64,000 nucleotides of DNA from Chiloscyllium plagiosum (GCF_004010195.1 NC_057750.1:14363221-14427220), one strand, 5' to 3'. Counted from the stretch's first letter, positions 1 through 13,944 are shown. Program-made: numbers and translations. Notes: generated from the letters alone by a model not told the origin.

Positions 1-245
1 CAAGGATTTCAGGGGGATATGAGGGAGAACGTTTTAACACAGTGAGTGGTAATGACCTGGAAATCATTGCCGGTGAACATTGAGATGATAAATGATTTCA
101 TAAATTAGAAGGGCAGTTGAGGAAACGTAATTAGATGGCTACAGGGATTGATTAGTGGAGTGGCATTGACTGGATCATTCCATGGATGGCCAGCATAAGA
201 CTATAGTAGGCTGAATGGGCTACTTCTGTGTCATAAAGGACTATG
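1..245 (+). mobile_element. CR1/HER1-type LINE 3' end, degenerate
   Basis: tttaacacagtgagtggtaatgacctggaa...gggctacttctgtg resembles the 3' ends of the other CR1 copies in the window. Confidence 0.6.
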
Positions 246-340
246 TCATCTATCTGCAGCTCTGTGTTTTCCTATTTAGATCAAGCAGACCAATTGCTTG
301 TTAACACAATAGTGATTGCCTACAATCACTAGTGATTTGT

Positions 341-670
341 GAGCAGCACGGTGGCACAGTGGTTAGCACTGTTGCCTCACAGCGCCAGAGACCCGGGTTC
401 AATTCCCACCTCAGGCGACTGACTGTGTGGAGTTTGCACGTTCTCCCCGTGTCTGCATGGGTTTCCTCCGGGTGCTCCGGTTTCCTCCCACAGTCCAAAG
501 ATGTGCAGGTCAGGTGAATTGGCCATGCTAAATTGCCCGTAGTGTTAGGTATAGGGGTAAATGTAGGGGTATGAGTGGGTTGCGCTTCGGCGGGTCGGTG
601 TGGACTTGTTGGGCCGAAGGGCCTGTTTCCACACTGTAACGTAATCTAATCTAATCTAATCTAATCTAAA
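341..670 (+). mobile_element. tRNA-derived V-SINE (HE1-like), full length
   Basis: A box tggcacagtgg, B box ggttcaattcc, V-domain tgtgtggagtttgcacgttctccccgtgtctgc...ggtttcctcccacagtcc, CR1-like tail gggccgaagggcctgtttcc and (aatct)n end. Confidence 0.9.
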
Positions 671-777
671 ATCTACATGGAACATATTGTGCAATTGAAA
701 GGCAACCTGAAATTTGGGTTGTGTCCTCTGTTGCTGTTGCCCTCCCCATCTCTGGTCTGTTTCTTTCCTGAGAAATA

Positions 778-970
778 CCTAACATTTGTTGCCCATCCCT
801 AATTGTCTTTGTCAGCAGTTCAAGGTCAACCACATTGCTTTGTTTGTAGTCACATGTATGTCAGATCAATAAAGGATGGCAGATTTCCTTCCATAGTGGG
901 TTTTTTTTTAGATGATAACCAATGGCAGTTTCATGATCACCATTACTGGCAGAAGCTTTCAATTCCAGAA
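778..970 (-). mobile_element. Second tRNA-derived SINE family, 3' part
   Basis: Reverse complement matches the copy at 18135-18485 (gggatgggcaa tail, ggaaggaaatctgcc core). Confidence 0.65.
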
Positions 971-1287
971 GCTTCTGGATTACTCGTTCCCACCACTATC
1001 ATCTTCCCTTCATGGCTTTGAGCACATGCAAGTGGGAACAGAATCTGGAAGTGTTTGGAGATATGTTCGTTGCAGTGTCATTCAGAGTGTAATTGACCTA
1101 TTAGATGTTAGTGCAGATTAAAATAATTTGCTAACATCGGTTTTACACTACTGTTCAAGTCTAATTTCACTTGCATTATATTCACTTCAGCCAGATATTT
1201 GATGAGATTTGGTTTTTTAAAAAGAAGCTATTGTCATTTCACATCAAACACAATTTATCCTCAACAATCAGTCTGATTGTGAAACAA

Positions 1288-1418
1288 GGAAATGTTTGGA
1301 AGGATATGTGCCGGGTGTTGGCAGGTGGGACTAGATTGGGTTGGGATATCTGGTCGGCATGGACGGGTTGAACCAAAGGGTCTGTTTCCGTGCTGTACAT
1401 CTCTCTGACTCTATGACT
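1288..1418 (+). mobile_element. CR1/HER1 LINE 3' tail
   Basis: Nearly identical to 20640-20762 (ggcaggtgggactagattgggttgg...gtttccgtgctgtacatctct). Confidence 0.8.
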
Positions 1419-1589
1419 ATAATCCAACAAAAAGTGATGATAATGTTGACAATCCTATCTGAGTCAGGCTGAGCAAAATGGCTGTGATATCAACTTTGTA
1501 ATAGAGTAAATCCTATAGGTGAGCAAAGAAAAATTTGTGTAACTAAATAATGTTATTGTTGACCATGAATTTTTTAAAATCTCTTGTAG

Positions 1590-1698
1590 GTTTAGTGAAG
1601 AAGTCCATGAAGAAAATCGTGTCCATCTGGGTAATGCCATCATGTCTTTCTACTCCGCACTGATTGATCTGTTGGGCCGGTGTGCTCCAGAGATGCAT
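1590..1698 (+). CDS. RYR1: RyR exon (~exon 45), 109 bp
   Basis: ttgtag|G TTT AGT...ATG CAT|gtaagt; [36 protein letters not shown]. Confidence 0.95.
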
Positions 1699-4458
1699 GT
1701 AAGTGATCACCCAATGCAGATGAATGAACCAACTGCTGATTTTTAAGTTGGACCACACTTCTGAACATGTTGTGATCAGTATGTTCCAAATCTTTTTAAT
1801 GAAAATTTTGAAAACGTCTGTCAAAGTTAAAAGTGACAGTTTACTTTGAAAAATATCTTATTATAACATGCAGGTTGCTGAGCAATATTGATGTGGTGGA
1901 TGTGGCAAAGTTGTCTCCCCTTCTGGAGGGGATTAAGAGGCACAGTTTAAAAATAAGGAGTTCCACATTTAAGACCAAGTTGAGGTGAATGTTTGTTTTT
2001 GTTTCTCTCAGCGGGTTATTTGTGAAATTCTCTTCTCCAGGAGCAGTGGAGGCTGGATCATTGTATATTCAAGGCTGAGTTAAATGAAATCACTGTATGG
2101 ACAGTCGACTAAATTATTGCTAATACTATGTAATTCATTATCTAGATCAACACTAATGTATCCCTGAATGCGTCTGTGCGACTGCAGAGTACAAGTTTGG
2201 TGAAGCAAAGGCAGCCTCCCCGCCAAATACCAACCTCTACTCATAAACTCTCCATAACCCCTCATTCCCAATATACCACCCTTTTCCCATATCCCCATCC
2301 TGCCATGACTTCTCAAACCCCTATACCAACTTGTGGCCTTGTACATGGTACTCTGGCCCTTTATAATCCCTGTGCCAACTTAATGCAAAATCTTGCTCCC
2401 ATACTTTCCTCTCTTTCATGCCACCCCTGTCCCTACCCTGTATCAGTTTGCCCCGTCTCCACCATGGACAAACCTCCGCCCATGCTGGCACAATTGTTGT
2501 CTGTTGATGTCATGGCTACTTAAAAAGGAAACTCATTCATTTAAAACAACTTAAATCCACTGAAATCCTGTCAGCTAATCTCTTATGAAAGCAAATGTTT
2601 CTATTGTAAGTTCTTTGACAGTTTTGATATCCTCTATGCACCTTTTTAGCCCATTCTTCTGTCGCTTTGCAATCCAAACAGCTGCTTGATTCTCCTCCCC
2701 GCTCCACCTGGAACCATATCTACAGGGGCCCCTTGCCTCTCAAAAATAAATTCACAGAGACAGATGTGCTCTGTGGCCTCTGGATTAAAGATAATGTGGA
2801 AAGCAAAATGTGATTCAAATACAGGAAGCTTGCTCTTTAAGTGGTCTGCTGCTTCCGGAACATGTGACATCTACAAATCCAACCTCTAAGAAAATCAGAA
2901 TCAATATATGTGGAGGCAAGACCTCTGATTCACATGGATTTTTTGTTGCATCTCAGAGGCTCTACATTCCAATGAAAATATAGGCTTAAGTGACAATAAA
3001 ATGTTTGACATATAGCAACTCATCATTTTTCATAAAACTCAAAATTTCTGCTAATACGTGAGAGCAGTAGTGCCTTTCCACACATGTTTTAAAGTTGCAT
3101 ATCTTCATGCAAGCAGCTATTATCCATTTTGGGATGTTACTCTTTTACCAAAGAAAACAAGCTGTTTTTTCTCCTTTAAACGACACATTGAGATGAAGGA
3201 GCCAAACAGTAGACATTGCACTTGTACTATCTTGGTAAATTTGAGACACATAAAATGGTGAAAGAGTAAATGCTGATATTCATATTAGTTCAACTATGCT
3301 GTTGACTTATTGACAAATATTTAAATTAACATATAGTTTTTTTTTATTTTTGGCTAATGTTACACCCAGTCCCTGGATGAAGTTCCCTAAGTTCTTTCAG
3401 TTCCAAACGTGATGCCCTAAACTGTTATTCCCCTGGGTGAGAAGGAATCAACTAGCACCTCTTTATTCACCTACACTTTCGGTTAATCACAACTAGATTA
3501 ATTAAAAAGGATTCCTTTTGTGGTGGACGCCTTTCTCCCAAACCACATGACCTTATGTTCTGAAAGGACTTAATTTAACCAGGCTTTCTTAAGTTAATAA
3601 CATAATACCATCAGATTAGAAATGACAGGAAAGTCCCAAAAATATTTTTTTTTAAATATCAATCTCATGATTCGGTAAGTAGTAGATAATGGAACATTAT
3701 GGCTGTTATGTTGAGTTGCAGTGGTAGAACTGATGCATTGAGTAGTTCATTTTGAGATTCTTGGCTTTTCAGGTTGTGTGGACTTTTTTTATTTCCTTTC
3801 AGTTGTGGCTGGCTTACAGCACTCATGATGAGAAAATGTACCTTTTCCTTCATAAGTGCAGTGAAGGGGTGCTATCTTCAAGTTTTAACCCTCATAGGAT
3901 ACTAATGCACACCCTAACATGCAGAGGCCAGTGGTTGCAGTTGATTTTTAATCCCTGGTTTTGTATGTACCTGGAAAGGTAAAATGTAAACATATCTTTC
4001 AATTCATATCCACAGAGTGCAATATAATACGCTGAACATGTTTTGCTGCTGAGGGGAGGTAATCAGATTGCTTTTCAACTCTGCCCTTTGGAGTCTTGCT
4101 TTTTGAAGCAAGGTGTGACATTCCAGAGGTTTACACAGGCAATCTTTTGGCATTGGGTGGGTTCCATTCTTGGAAGTTATGTTATCTTGCAGTCTTTGTT
4201 TTTTTAAAACAAGCTTATGTGTTAAAGCAAAAGTTCAATCTGACCACAAATATTTCAAAGTTGTCATGATACAAGATATCAAATATTGCTCATTAGATAG
4301 CATTGTAAAGACGGTATTTTTCAAAGAATGAGTAAAATCAACATTTAGTTCAAATAAATAACTGATTTCATACATGCTCATACATGCTGGCTTCTTGTGA
4401 AGTGTTGCTTTATATAGCAAACCAGTTCATACAACTTGGTGAGAGACAAAAGGACATC

Positions 4459-4540
4459 AAGTCCCGAAGAAGGGTTAATACCCGAAGCATTGACTTCTCC
4501 ACCTCCTGACGCTGTGTTCTTCCAGTCTCCTGTTTGTCCA
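4459..4540 (+). mobile_element. PLE-derived fragment with degenerate hammerhead
   Basis: aagtc-ccgaaga-a-gggt taat accc-gaa-gcat-t-gactt: 5-bp stem I and stem II kept, core mutated. Confidence 0.6.
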
Positions 4541-4577
4541 GTTTGTACTACTATTGTTTATCTTATTTTTGCAACAG

Positions 4578-4698
4578 CTGATCCAGGCTGGAAAAGGTGA
4601 AGCATTGCGAATTCGGGCAATCCTGCGATCCCTGGTTCCTATTGAAGATTTGGTTGGCGTTATCAGTTTGCCTCTACAGATACCTGCTTTTGGAAAAG
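4578..4698 (+). CDS. RYR1: RyR exon (~exon 46), 121 bp
   Basis: caacag|CTG...AAA G|gtaaag; [40 protein letters not shown]. Confidence 0.95.
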
Positions 4699-5884
4699 GT
4701 AAAGCTATGTAGCCAACACTGGTGCTAATCAAAATGTTAGCTTTGATCTGGATTGCAAGCCCGAATCCTATTGTAGCAGAGTGGGTGGTAGATATGTTTG
4801 GTACAATTGGCAAACTGCAGTGCTCGAGGCAGATTTTTGACCTGATAATATTTTTGTTTTATTCTTTAGACAGCTAAACAAAAAATTTCAATAAAACTGC
4901 CTCTGATAAAGGAAGTAATGTGCTATAGCATCACTACCCTGTTAGTTGTGAAAGGAAGTAAATAATTAGCTGATGTCCACAAAGGACTTGAATGTTTTTG
5001 GGAAGAATCTTGTTAGGGCATGAGTTTTGTGGGCATAATCGTGCAAGAAGTCCAGTGAGTGTGACTTTGCCATTGAGAGCCATTTGCTGTATCTTTTATG
5101 CATTTGACAAGCAGAGAGGTGAGTTTCTTGCAAGGCAACAGCGAATTGCCAATTAAAGGGATTGTTAAACACTTCATTAATGTTTAGCTTCCTATCTGAC
5201 CTAGTACACCAAACAAGTTAGATGTAAAGAATTTTCAGTGTGGAAATTCAACTTAGCCCAAAAGACCTTGGTGTTCAATGCCAGGTACCAACATTTCCAA
5301 ACATGCTTCATGGGCACCAGCTACATGCACCTCACATCCAGAGATGTTGGCGTCCGGTACCTGCTATCCTGTAATAACCCTCATGCCACATCTTTACTTG
5401 ACTTACAACAGTTTTTTACACTTCACTGCTGCAGTTTGGGCCACAACAGCAACTATCATTGTAATGGTGCAGCAAGGACACCGTGTCTAAGGACATTCTC
5501 GCTGATCACAGGCTGGACTGGGCTACACCCTGTTTTCTTGCTATCTTTGTACTCAATATTGCCTTTTTGCATTTTGCCCCCTCAGCTAGAGATACCATGC
5601 CCACAGTTGTGCTGTATATCTGTGCCAATTGGCGTAAGAAGCTGGTCATGGTTGTCAGGAGTCCTCAGTCAATTCAAAGGAGGTAACTTTTAGTCCCAAG
5701 TTCCCAGCACAGCAAATTAAGGGCAGCACACAATACAAGTACAGAGTCTTTGATGTGAGTTAGCTATTTGGGCCACTCAGGAGTCAGGGTGCTCCCCACA
5801 GAGGGGATGAGGAGCTGCATTTCAGGCAGTCCATCAGCATTGCTGACTTTTTCAGTTCTGTTCTGTGCTGCTTTCCTCCTGAAC

Positions 5885-6115
5885 TGAGAGAGAGGAAGTT
5901 AGTAAGGAAGTGAATGAGAGGGAGGAAGTTAGTAAGGAAGTGAGTGAGAGGGAGGACGTTGTAAGGAAGTGAATGAGAGGGAGGAAGTTAGTAAGGAAGT
6001 GAATGAGAGGGAGAGTTAGGAAGAAAGTGAATGAGAGGGAGGAAGTTAGGAAAGAAGTGAATGAGAGGGAGGAAGTTAGGAAAGAAGCGAATGAGAGGGA
6101 GGAAGTTAGGAAGTG
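5885..6115. repeat. Purine-rich minisatellite, ~8 copies of a ~30-bp unit
   Basis: Unit tgagagggaggaagttagtaaggaagtgaa repeated with variants. Confidence 0.95.
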
Positions 6116-7031
6116 AAAGTGGGTGGCATAGTCGGTACTTGTGGTGCAGGTGAGGAGATCTCCCAGGCGAGTGAGTAGACAGCACAAATGGCTTGCAGGA
6201 TTAATTGTGTCAGGGGTTGGAGTCGGTGAAAGTAAGCAAGGGAAGGTGTTGCAGGTGAGAGCGACACTACACTGAGAAATTCCAGCAGAGATGAAGATGA
6301 CTGACTTCCACCAACTGCACCCATTGTCTTTTGGAAATGTACAACAATGATGAAACCATATAAACTGAAGAAATGAACCAACAGCCAACAGGTTATGCTG
6401 TAAACTGAAAGGTCTCTAAGCTCAAGGCAGTTAGTCATCCTTGAAAGGCATCTTGTCGCATGCTGCCTCTTCTACAAAGAAGCCTCCAGATTTTTTTTTG
6501 TGAATAGTCCAGTCATTATTCTGGTTGTTCAGTCACCCTCGATGGATAAAGTTGTGGATTCCAGATCGTTCTCGGAGAAATGGTCTGCAAGGATAAGCCC
6601 GAAGTAATTCCTTTTGGTATGATACCACTCACTTCCCCGCCATCTCCACATCCTTCGCACCATAGTGTTTACGGCTCTCTTAAAAAACAAACTCTTTTAC
6701 AAACTTGCATTCTTTTGACCAAACACAATAACACCAGTAGAGCTGAGTTGCTTATCCTAGAGACTGAAGCAATTTTACTTGATTCGAGTTTTTGTCAGAA
6801 TGTAACATACGATTTTTCTTTTTGTCTCCGTATACAAACTGAAATACTTTTTTTAAAAAATGTATTCATTTGTGGGATGTGGGTATCGCTGGCTGGCCAG
6901 CATCTATTGTTTGTCCCTAGTTGCCCTAACGAAATTATTATGAAAAAGATGTAATGCAAAATTACTTTTTGTTGTCATACTGAAACTCTGTTCTTGATTA
7001 TTCACTTCTTTGTATTGTTTGTGATTTCCAG

Positions 7032-7201
7032 ATGGGAACCTTGTTGAACCTAAAATGTCAGCCAGCTTTGTTCCTGACCATAAGGCTCCCATGGTGCTGT
7101 TCCTGGATCGAGTCTACGGGATAGAAAATCAGGATTTTCTCCTTCATGTACTGGAGGTTGGCTTCTTACCTGATATGAGAGCTGCTGCATCCTTGGATAC
7201 T
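7032..7201 (+). CDS. RYR1: RyR exon (~exon 47), 170 bp
   Basis: ttccag|AT GGG...GAT ACT|gtaagt; [56 protein letters not shown]. Confidence 0.95.
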
Positions 7202-7444
7202 GTAAGTAGTGTAATTTTAAAAGCTTATTTTCAAGAAAGTTCACTCAAAATTATCCTCAAGTCAAATTGCAGTTCCAAGCGAATGTTTATCATACAACTT
7301 ATTTTCATGTTGGAACAAAAATTTATCAGCACTTTCACTGGTGCAAATCCACATGAAAAGTTTACTACAGGTAAATAAGATGGTGGGTGGCTTGTTGGAA
7401 GTCACTATATGTGAAATCAAAGCAAAAATTGTGGTTGCTGAAAT

Positions 7445-7592
7445 ATAAACAGCAAGTGCTAGAGAAACTCAAGATCTGACAGTGTTTGTGGAGAGAGAAA
7501 TAGTTAAATTGGACTCAAAACATTATTTCTATTTGTCTCTCCAAAGATGCAGCCAGACCTGTTGCAATCCTGGAGCACTTGCTGTTTTTTAT
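7445..7592. mobile_element. Degenerate fold-back element, probably PLE-derived
   Basis: Arms ataaacagcaagtgct / agcacttgctgtttttat and ggagagagaaatag / ctatttgtctctcc. Confidence 0.6.
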
Positions 7593-8314
7593 CATAATTG
7601 AATGGTACAGTTGTTCCTGAAAGTTCTTCATAGAATTATGTAACCAGTGAATTATTGAGATCTGGAACTGTGATGATTTCTGGGGTAATCAGACTGAGCT
7701 TCCTGATAGTAGAATCTTTTGAAGCTTTTTCTTTGTGTCTCTTGCCTTCCAATGTCCATGTGGCCTTCATTTAGTTGGGAAAGTAGAGTGATCTTGGCCA
7801 TAAATCTGCCACAATTTAGTACTAGTTCACAACAGCATCTGTAGTGCCCGGAACTGATGAGTACCTCCTCTAGATGGTTTCCAGAGATGTCCCGGTGTAA
7901 GATTTCATGCCTAGTTTCTCAGATAGGCAAAAAGAGCTTGTACTACTTTGAGCACCAACATATGATTTGACAGAAGCAAATAAAAGAATGAAAGAGATTG
8001 CAGACTTATTGATAGAGCATTTCAATTTGCCAGATCAGAGAGAAATAGGAATTGTGCTTTTAAATTGCCCAGCAATTGGCTAGTTGGCTGTTCTTCTTTT
8101 CCAAGAGAACAGTGAACTTCCAGAATGTGTTCTGTGTGCGTGCTGACTCACTGCAAGCCTTCAAAAGAGGACCTGACCAGTTCTTAGCTGGGGCAGAGTT
8201 CTAATCCCATAAAAGTTACTGCATAGACTCATGTGAAAGACAAGATTTTGAGAACAGCTTTTTCTGAAAAGCAAAGGGTCAGCTTTTTGATACAAGTATT
8301 CCTTTTGTAGTAAA

Positions 8315-8450
8315 ATAAAGCAAAGAGCTGAGATGCTGGAGGTCTGAAACAAAAACAGAAATTACTTGCAATACTCAGCAGGTCAAGTAGCATCTGTGGG
8401 AAGAAAATAGAATTAAGTTTCAAGTCTGGCGATTCTTCATCAGAAAATCC
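8315..8450 (-). mobile_element. PLE-derived fragment with degenerate hammerhead
   Basis: Minus strand ttCTGATGAagaatcgccagacttGAAActt, followed by the cagatgct...acctgctgagt tail seen in related copies. Confidence 0.6.
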
Positions 8451-9159
8451 TTTTGAAGGGTTGAACTCCATTCCTGGTTTTTGAAACTGCTGATCTCCTG
8501 ATATTGACACTGACATTGATTGATGGCCGTGATGGAATTCAGCAGCGACCAGCTGTCTCAAATTTACCTACCAATTTTTCTGATATTTAAATGATAAAAC
8601 AATCCTAATAAAGCTGCACTAAACTGTTGCCACCAACCTTGCTCCCAAAGCCAACATTTGGTATAAGGAAAATGAAGGATTTACTGGCCAAAATTGAGGG
8701 ATGGCTTATGTATAGGAAACTAAAGAATTTTGGGCCAAATGTTGGAAGTTGAATCCTACACAGGATCATCTATTACTCGAGTATATAAGGTAAGTAATTT
8801 GACAGTTAAAGCATCAAAGTTAGAACAGTAAGTGTCATCTCCTTGGACTGAATTCAGCTGCCTCTGGAAGTAACAGGCATTTTCTGGGTTTTTTTGGTTC
8901 TCTTTACACCTAGACTTTTTTTTCTGCTGCTCATAGCCCTCCGAGGATCGTACATGCTGATGCTGAGTAGGAACTTCCAAGTATCATGAGGCTCGGAGGA
9001 CATGGTTGACTAACTGGGTCTTTCTTTTTCCATCTTTTTGGTCTGATTATATGTTTCAGTCAGATTTCAGTTGACATTTACATTTTGGGTTGTGAATCAT
9101 GTTAATCAGCCAACCATTCACAATTGTCATGATCCCGCTATACACAGTAAGGAGTCTGA

Positions 9160-9426
<267 letters not shown>

Positions 9427-9815
9427 TAAGCGTGCCATTGTGAAATCTGTATAAAAACAATAAACGGGTAGAGTTTCAACTTTGGCCACAGTTGGGGATC
9501 CAGATGTAAATTGCACTCAAAACTGAATCATTCTTTTTCCCTCCAGTTTCTATTCAAACTCCTTTGCAGGTAGACAAATATAAAATCTACCGTGAGCCAG
9601 TGAAATTTCTTCCCACCATCTTGGTGAATTACCACTGTATTTCCCGGCAGGACACCAGTGAATATATTCAGTGCTTTGGAGAACTGGTTCAACAAAATTG
9701 TGTGCTTCACTGATTTGTAGGGGAACTTCTAAATTCTAGCAGCTAGCACAGATCACAATGACCAAGTGTTTGACTCTTCTGATTTTTTTTTAATAGAAAT
9801 ATCTATCCAGAATTT

Positions 9816-10310
<495 letters not shown>

Positions 10311-11618
10311 TGACTTGATTTGTTAAAATATAATTTAAAATTTGGTTTAATAAAAATGACTTCCTTTGTTGAGTAATACTGATAAGCCCTTAAAAGTTCT
10401 GTCTATGCACAGATTTGCTTTGTTTGTTATTTATGTGCCAGGTAAGAGGGAATGCAGATTTTGTAGCACATGTTTAGTATCTAATGATAACTTTATGGTT
10501 TTGTGCTCCTGGTAGGGAGCCTTATCTGCAAGGCGAACCTGTCGAAATTTCAGGCATTGTTTTGCTTGATTTACCAACCATTAGTTTCTGTAAAAGCATA
10601 AACAGCAAGGTTCCCTACATCAAAACACAAAGCCAGATAACTAATTATCTGTTATATGAAAACAGGCTCCTGCAATAATTTACATTTTTAAAAGCTGAGT
10701 AGGTATCACTTGCATGGAAAATAGCCCCATGCATGATGTGCAATTTTGTTTCCTCTCCAAAGACACTACAAATATGTAGGGAAGCAGAATTGGAATGAGA
10801 CATTGCTAACTACCAGTAAAATACTTACATTTTAATTAATCTTCTTATGAAAAAAAAGTATTGTGAAATAGCTTTCTGATCTTTCTTGAACACTGGGTTC
10901 TCATAACTGTCGAGATTGGCTTATGATCTCAAGCAGTGATTCTCAAATTGGAACCCATGAATCCCTGGAGGCCTGCAGACACCTTCCAAGGCGTCTGCAA
11001 TGTAGGGACGGCCTTACAGGTTGGCAACCATCCAGGTGCTGTAATCAAAAGTAAGTAAGTCAATAGCAGCTGGAGATGTACTCTGCCACTTAGGCTCCTG
11101 CCATTTCCTTCTCCTTTAGGGATCTCTTTTTGCTCCTGTTCCTGACATCAGGTTTCCACTCCACCACCTCCGGTGCTCTCTGCCACTCCTCCTCTCTGTG
11201 GGCTTCTGCTTTATCTGTCCTGTGCTCTCTCCATGCCCCTGTAATGTTTATTGTGCTTCACAGGCCACCTTCTAACCCTGCACTCTTAGCATTTTCTGCA
11301 TCTGTTCCAGTTACTTGCTCCCATTGTGTACATGCCAAGGATAGATTGACTATGCAGTGAGAAGGAGATACACCCTCCTTCGCGTCTCACTGTTATCTTT
11401 AAGAGCTTTATTAAACATACTTTACGCAAGATATTTATTACAGTGTATTAAAATTTTGCCGGCAGTCTATGATTGCTCATGTGTAAAGAGATCCTTCAAA
11501 TGAAAATTTAAACAGCTATTGTATGTTCAACTGTAACTTATTACCACTACCTACAATTAATGGCAGTTGTCTCTTCATTTTGCTAAGTAAAGGCTATCTT
11601 GTGTTTATCCCACTCTAG

Positions 11619-11759
11619 TTGCTAACAAATCATTATGACAGATGTTGGAAATACTACTGTCTTCCATCCGGATGGGCAAATTATGGAGTGACATCTGAGG
11701 AAGAACTCCACCTAACTCGTAAACTCTTCTGGGGAATCTTTGAGTCAGTGTCACAGAAG
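11619..11759 (+). CDS. RYR1: RyR exon (~exon 50), 141 bp
   Basis: ctctag|TTG...CAG AAG|gtatac; [47 protein letters not shown]. Confidence 0.95.
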
Positions 11760-12159
11760 GTATACTGGGAAGGGCTGATACATGGCAAAATCATAATATT
11801 AAAGGTTGAAATGTTCATAGATATTTATTTAAACCAAGGTAAAAATGTTTGTACATCAGGATGAAGTATGCAGTGTGGAGCAAACCTATGTAGATGAGCA
11901 AAACGCTCTGTTCCTCAGGTTTCAATTTGAATGCCAAAACCTCAATCATTGTTTCAGTTGGAATCAGATCATTCAATAGGTTATGGATTGAAAAGAGCCA
12001 AATGGGGAGATGGCATAGTGGTAATACCAATGGACTACCGAGCCAGAGGGCCAGAATATTATCCAGGGAACACAGATTCTGGCGGCTGGTGAAATTTAAA
12101 TTCAATTAATAAAATCTGGAATTAAATTGAGATTCAGTTATGTGACTTGTATAAGCAGC

Positions 12160-12570
12160 CATGGCTGAGGTGGTAACAGCGTGGTCGCCTCTGAGTCACA
12201 TAGTTCCCAGTTCAAGGGATTGAGCATAAAATTTACGACTGACAATCCAGTGCTGTATTGAGGGAGCATTGATGTTAAACTGAGATCCTATCTATCTGCT
12301 TGAATGAATATACAAGATCCTACAGCACTAATTTGAAGGCAAGGAAGAATGTTCTTCCCAACATCCTAGCCAATATTTATCCCTCAATCAATTTTCTTAA
12401 ACAAAAGCCATGATCACAACGCTGTTTGTGGGAGTTTAATGAGGACAAATTAGCTACCATGATTCCTACCTAAAAATTATGAATAAATTTCAAAAAATGC
12501 TTCTTACAAAAAATTAGTTGTGAAGTGCTTTGAAGCGCTCAGTGATCTTGAAAAGAGTTATACATAAGTG
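12160..12570 (+). mobile_element. Deu-domain SINE (SacSINE1/AmnSINE-like), old
   Basis: tRNA-like head, then gatgttaaactgag...agatccta.agcacta...gccaatatttatccctcaa...gctgtttgtgggag, matching the recalled Deu-domain consensus, then an L2-like tail. Confidence 0.7.
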
Positions 12571-12682
12571 ACAGTAAAATCTAAATAAGTACGTCTGTTT
12601 TTGTTTGTTTTTTGAGGAATTTATTGCATGAGTTAACATCTGGTAGAAATAGAGATTTAATGAGATTGCATGTGTTTTGCAG

Positions 12683-12846
12683 AAATATGATACTGACTTA
12701 TTCAAGGCCGTGATGCAGTGTCTGTGTGCAATAGCTGGTGCACTGCCACCAGATTATGTTGATGCCAGCTATTCCTCCAAAGTCGAAAAAAAAGCTTCAG
12801 TGGATGCAGAAGGCAACTTTGACCCAAAACCTGTCGACACAATGAA
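12683..12846 (+). CDS. RYR1: RyR exon (~exon 51), 164 bp
   Basis: ttgcag|AAA...ATG AA|gtatga; [54 protein letters not shown]. Confidence 0.95.
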
Positions 12847-13400
12847 GTATGAATTATTTTAACTTTTTTCTCAGCTGACTTCGATCTCTGTGAACTGCTA
12901 GTTTTTCTGATGTCTTTGAGTTTAATCTTCAAATCATATAAAAATAGGTATCTATTTATTGCAAGTCCTGTGGCACAGTGGAGAGCACTATCATCTCTGG
13001 GCCAGATGTTCCGGGTTCAAGTCCCACTTGTTGGACATACACCATTTGTCCATAGTAGGGCTAAATGGGTGGTTCATCAGCCTGTAAATCCTTCCAACAG
13101 ATCTAATGGCACATGGGAAGGTTTGTGATCAGCCATCCTATAAAACACAATAGAAAACTACTGCAGTACTTTACCAAGCCTAATCATGGACTAATCCAAC
13201 AAAGTCCATGGTCATAAGTGCCATGGTGCCTGAAGAGAAAAAGATTTATTAAAGGAGAACAATCTGTGTTCTTCTAGTTTGTTTTAGATAGTTTTTCTTC
13301 CTTTCAGAAGTCTTTTTCTATGCAATGACTTTTTATTCTTCTTTTGTATCCAAGATTTGTACCTAGGTATTTTTACCTAAGATGGCACCATAAGAGGCAG

Positions 13401-13403
13401 TCT

Positions 13404-13459
<56 letters not shown>

Positions 13460-13544
13460 TTCTCTCTCTTTCTTTGTTCTCTTTCTTTGTTCTCTTTCTT
13501 TTTTCTCTTTCTTTTTTCTCTCTCTTTTTCTCTTTCTCTCTCGT

Positions 13545-13588
<44 letters not shown>

Positions 13589-13600
13589 CCTTTCTTGCTC
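13401..13600. repeat. (CT)n / polypyrimidine microsatellite
   Basis: About 200 bp of nearly pure CT/CTTT repeats; source of three low-complexity ORFs in the track. Confidence 0.95.
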
Positions 13601-13944
13601 TCCCGCCCCTCAGACCAGTCACTTACATTAGAGAGCCTTTTGGAGGGATTGTACCTGTAGAAGAGATTACAGAGATGTGCTGTGACAAGATATCATGAAG
13701 GAACCTTTGCACAAATAATGTTTGATACTTTGGGGAACTTGGCACTAAGACAAACCAAGCGATAGAGTAAACAAGATTTGGAGTTGAGGAAAAGACCTGC
13801 ATGGATATGAGGGAAAACTAAACTTGTTCAAGGATTTGAAAGTAAAGAACAGAAATTAAATGATTTATGAGCCAAGGATAGTTTTTGAAGAGGGTCGGGG
13901 AGGGTAGTGAGGGTGACAGTGAGGTTCACTATCCAACGTGAAAG

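Noticed and set aside
341..420. tRNA gene
   Set aside because: A/B boxes run into a V-domain and LINE-like tail; this is a SINE head.
301..517. ORFs over the V-SINE (also 9766, 36326, 36394, 50132, 50274, 51592)
   Set aside because: Translations of SINE sequence that recur at each copy; not genes.
3358..4272. Possible third solo LTR (starts tgttaca)
   Set aside because: No convincing right terminus, TSD or second copy in the window.
5238..5693. 151-aa ORF in a GC-richer intronic block
   Set aside because: No recognisable domain; probably an old repeat that I cannot classify.
5885..6115. CRISPR-like regular repeat
   Set aside because: No unique spacers, and the context is a vertebrate intron.
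5852..6438. 178-aa and other ORFs with repeated LTSSLS units
   Set aside because: Artefact of the 30-bp minisatellite.
13344..13698. SL/ER-rich ORFs
   Set aside because: Translation of the CT microsatellite.
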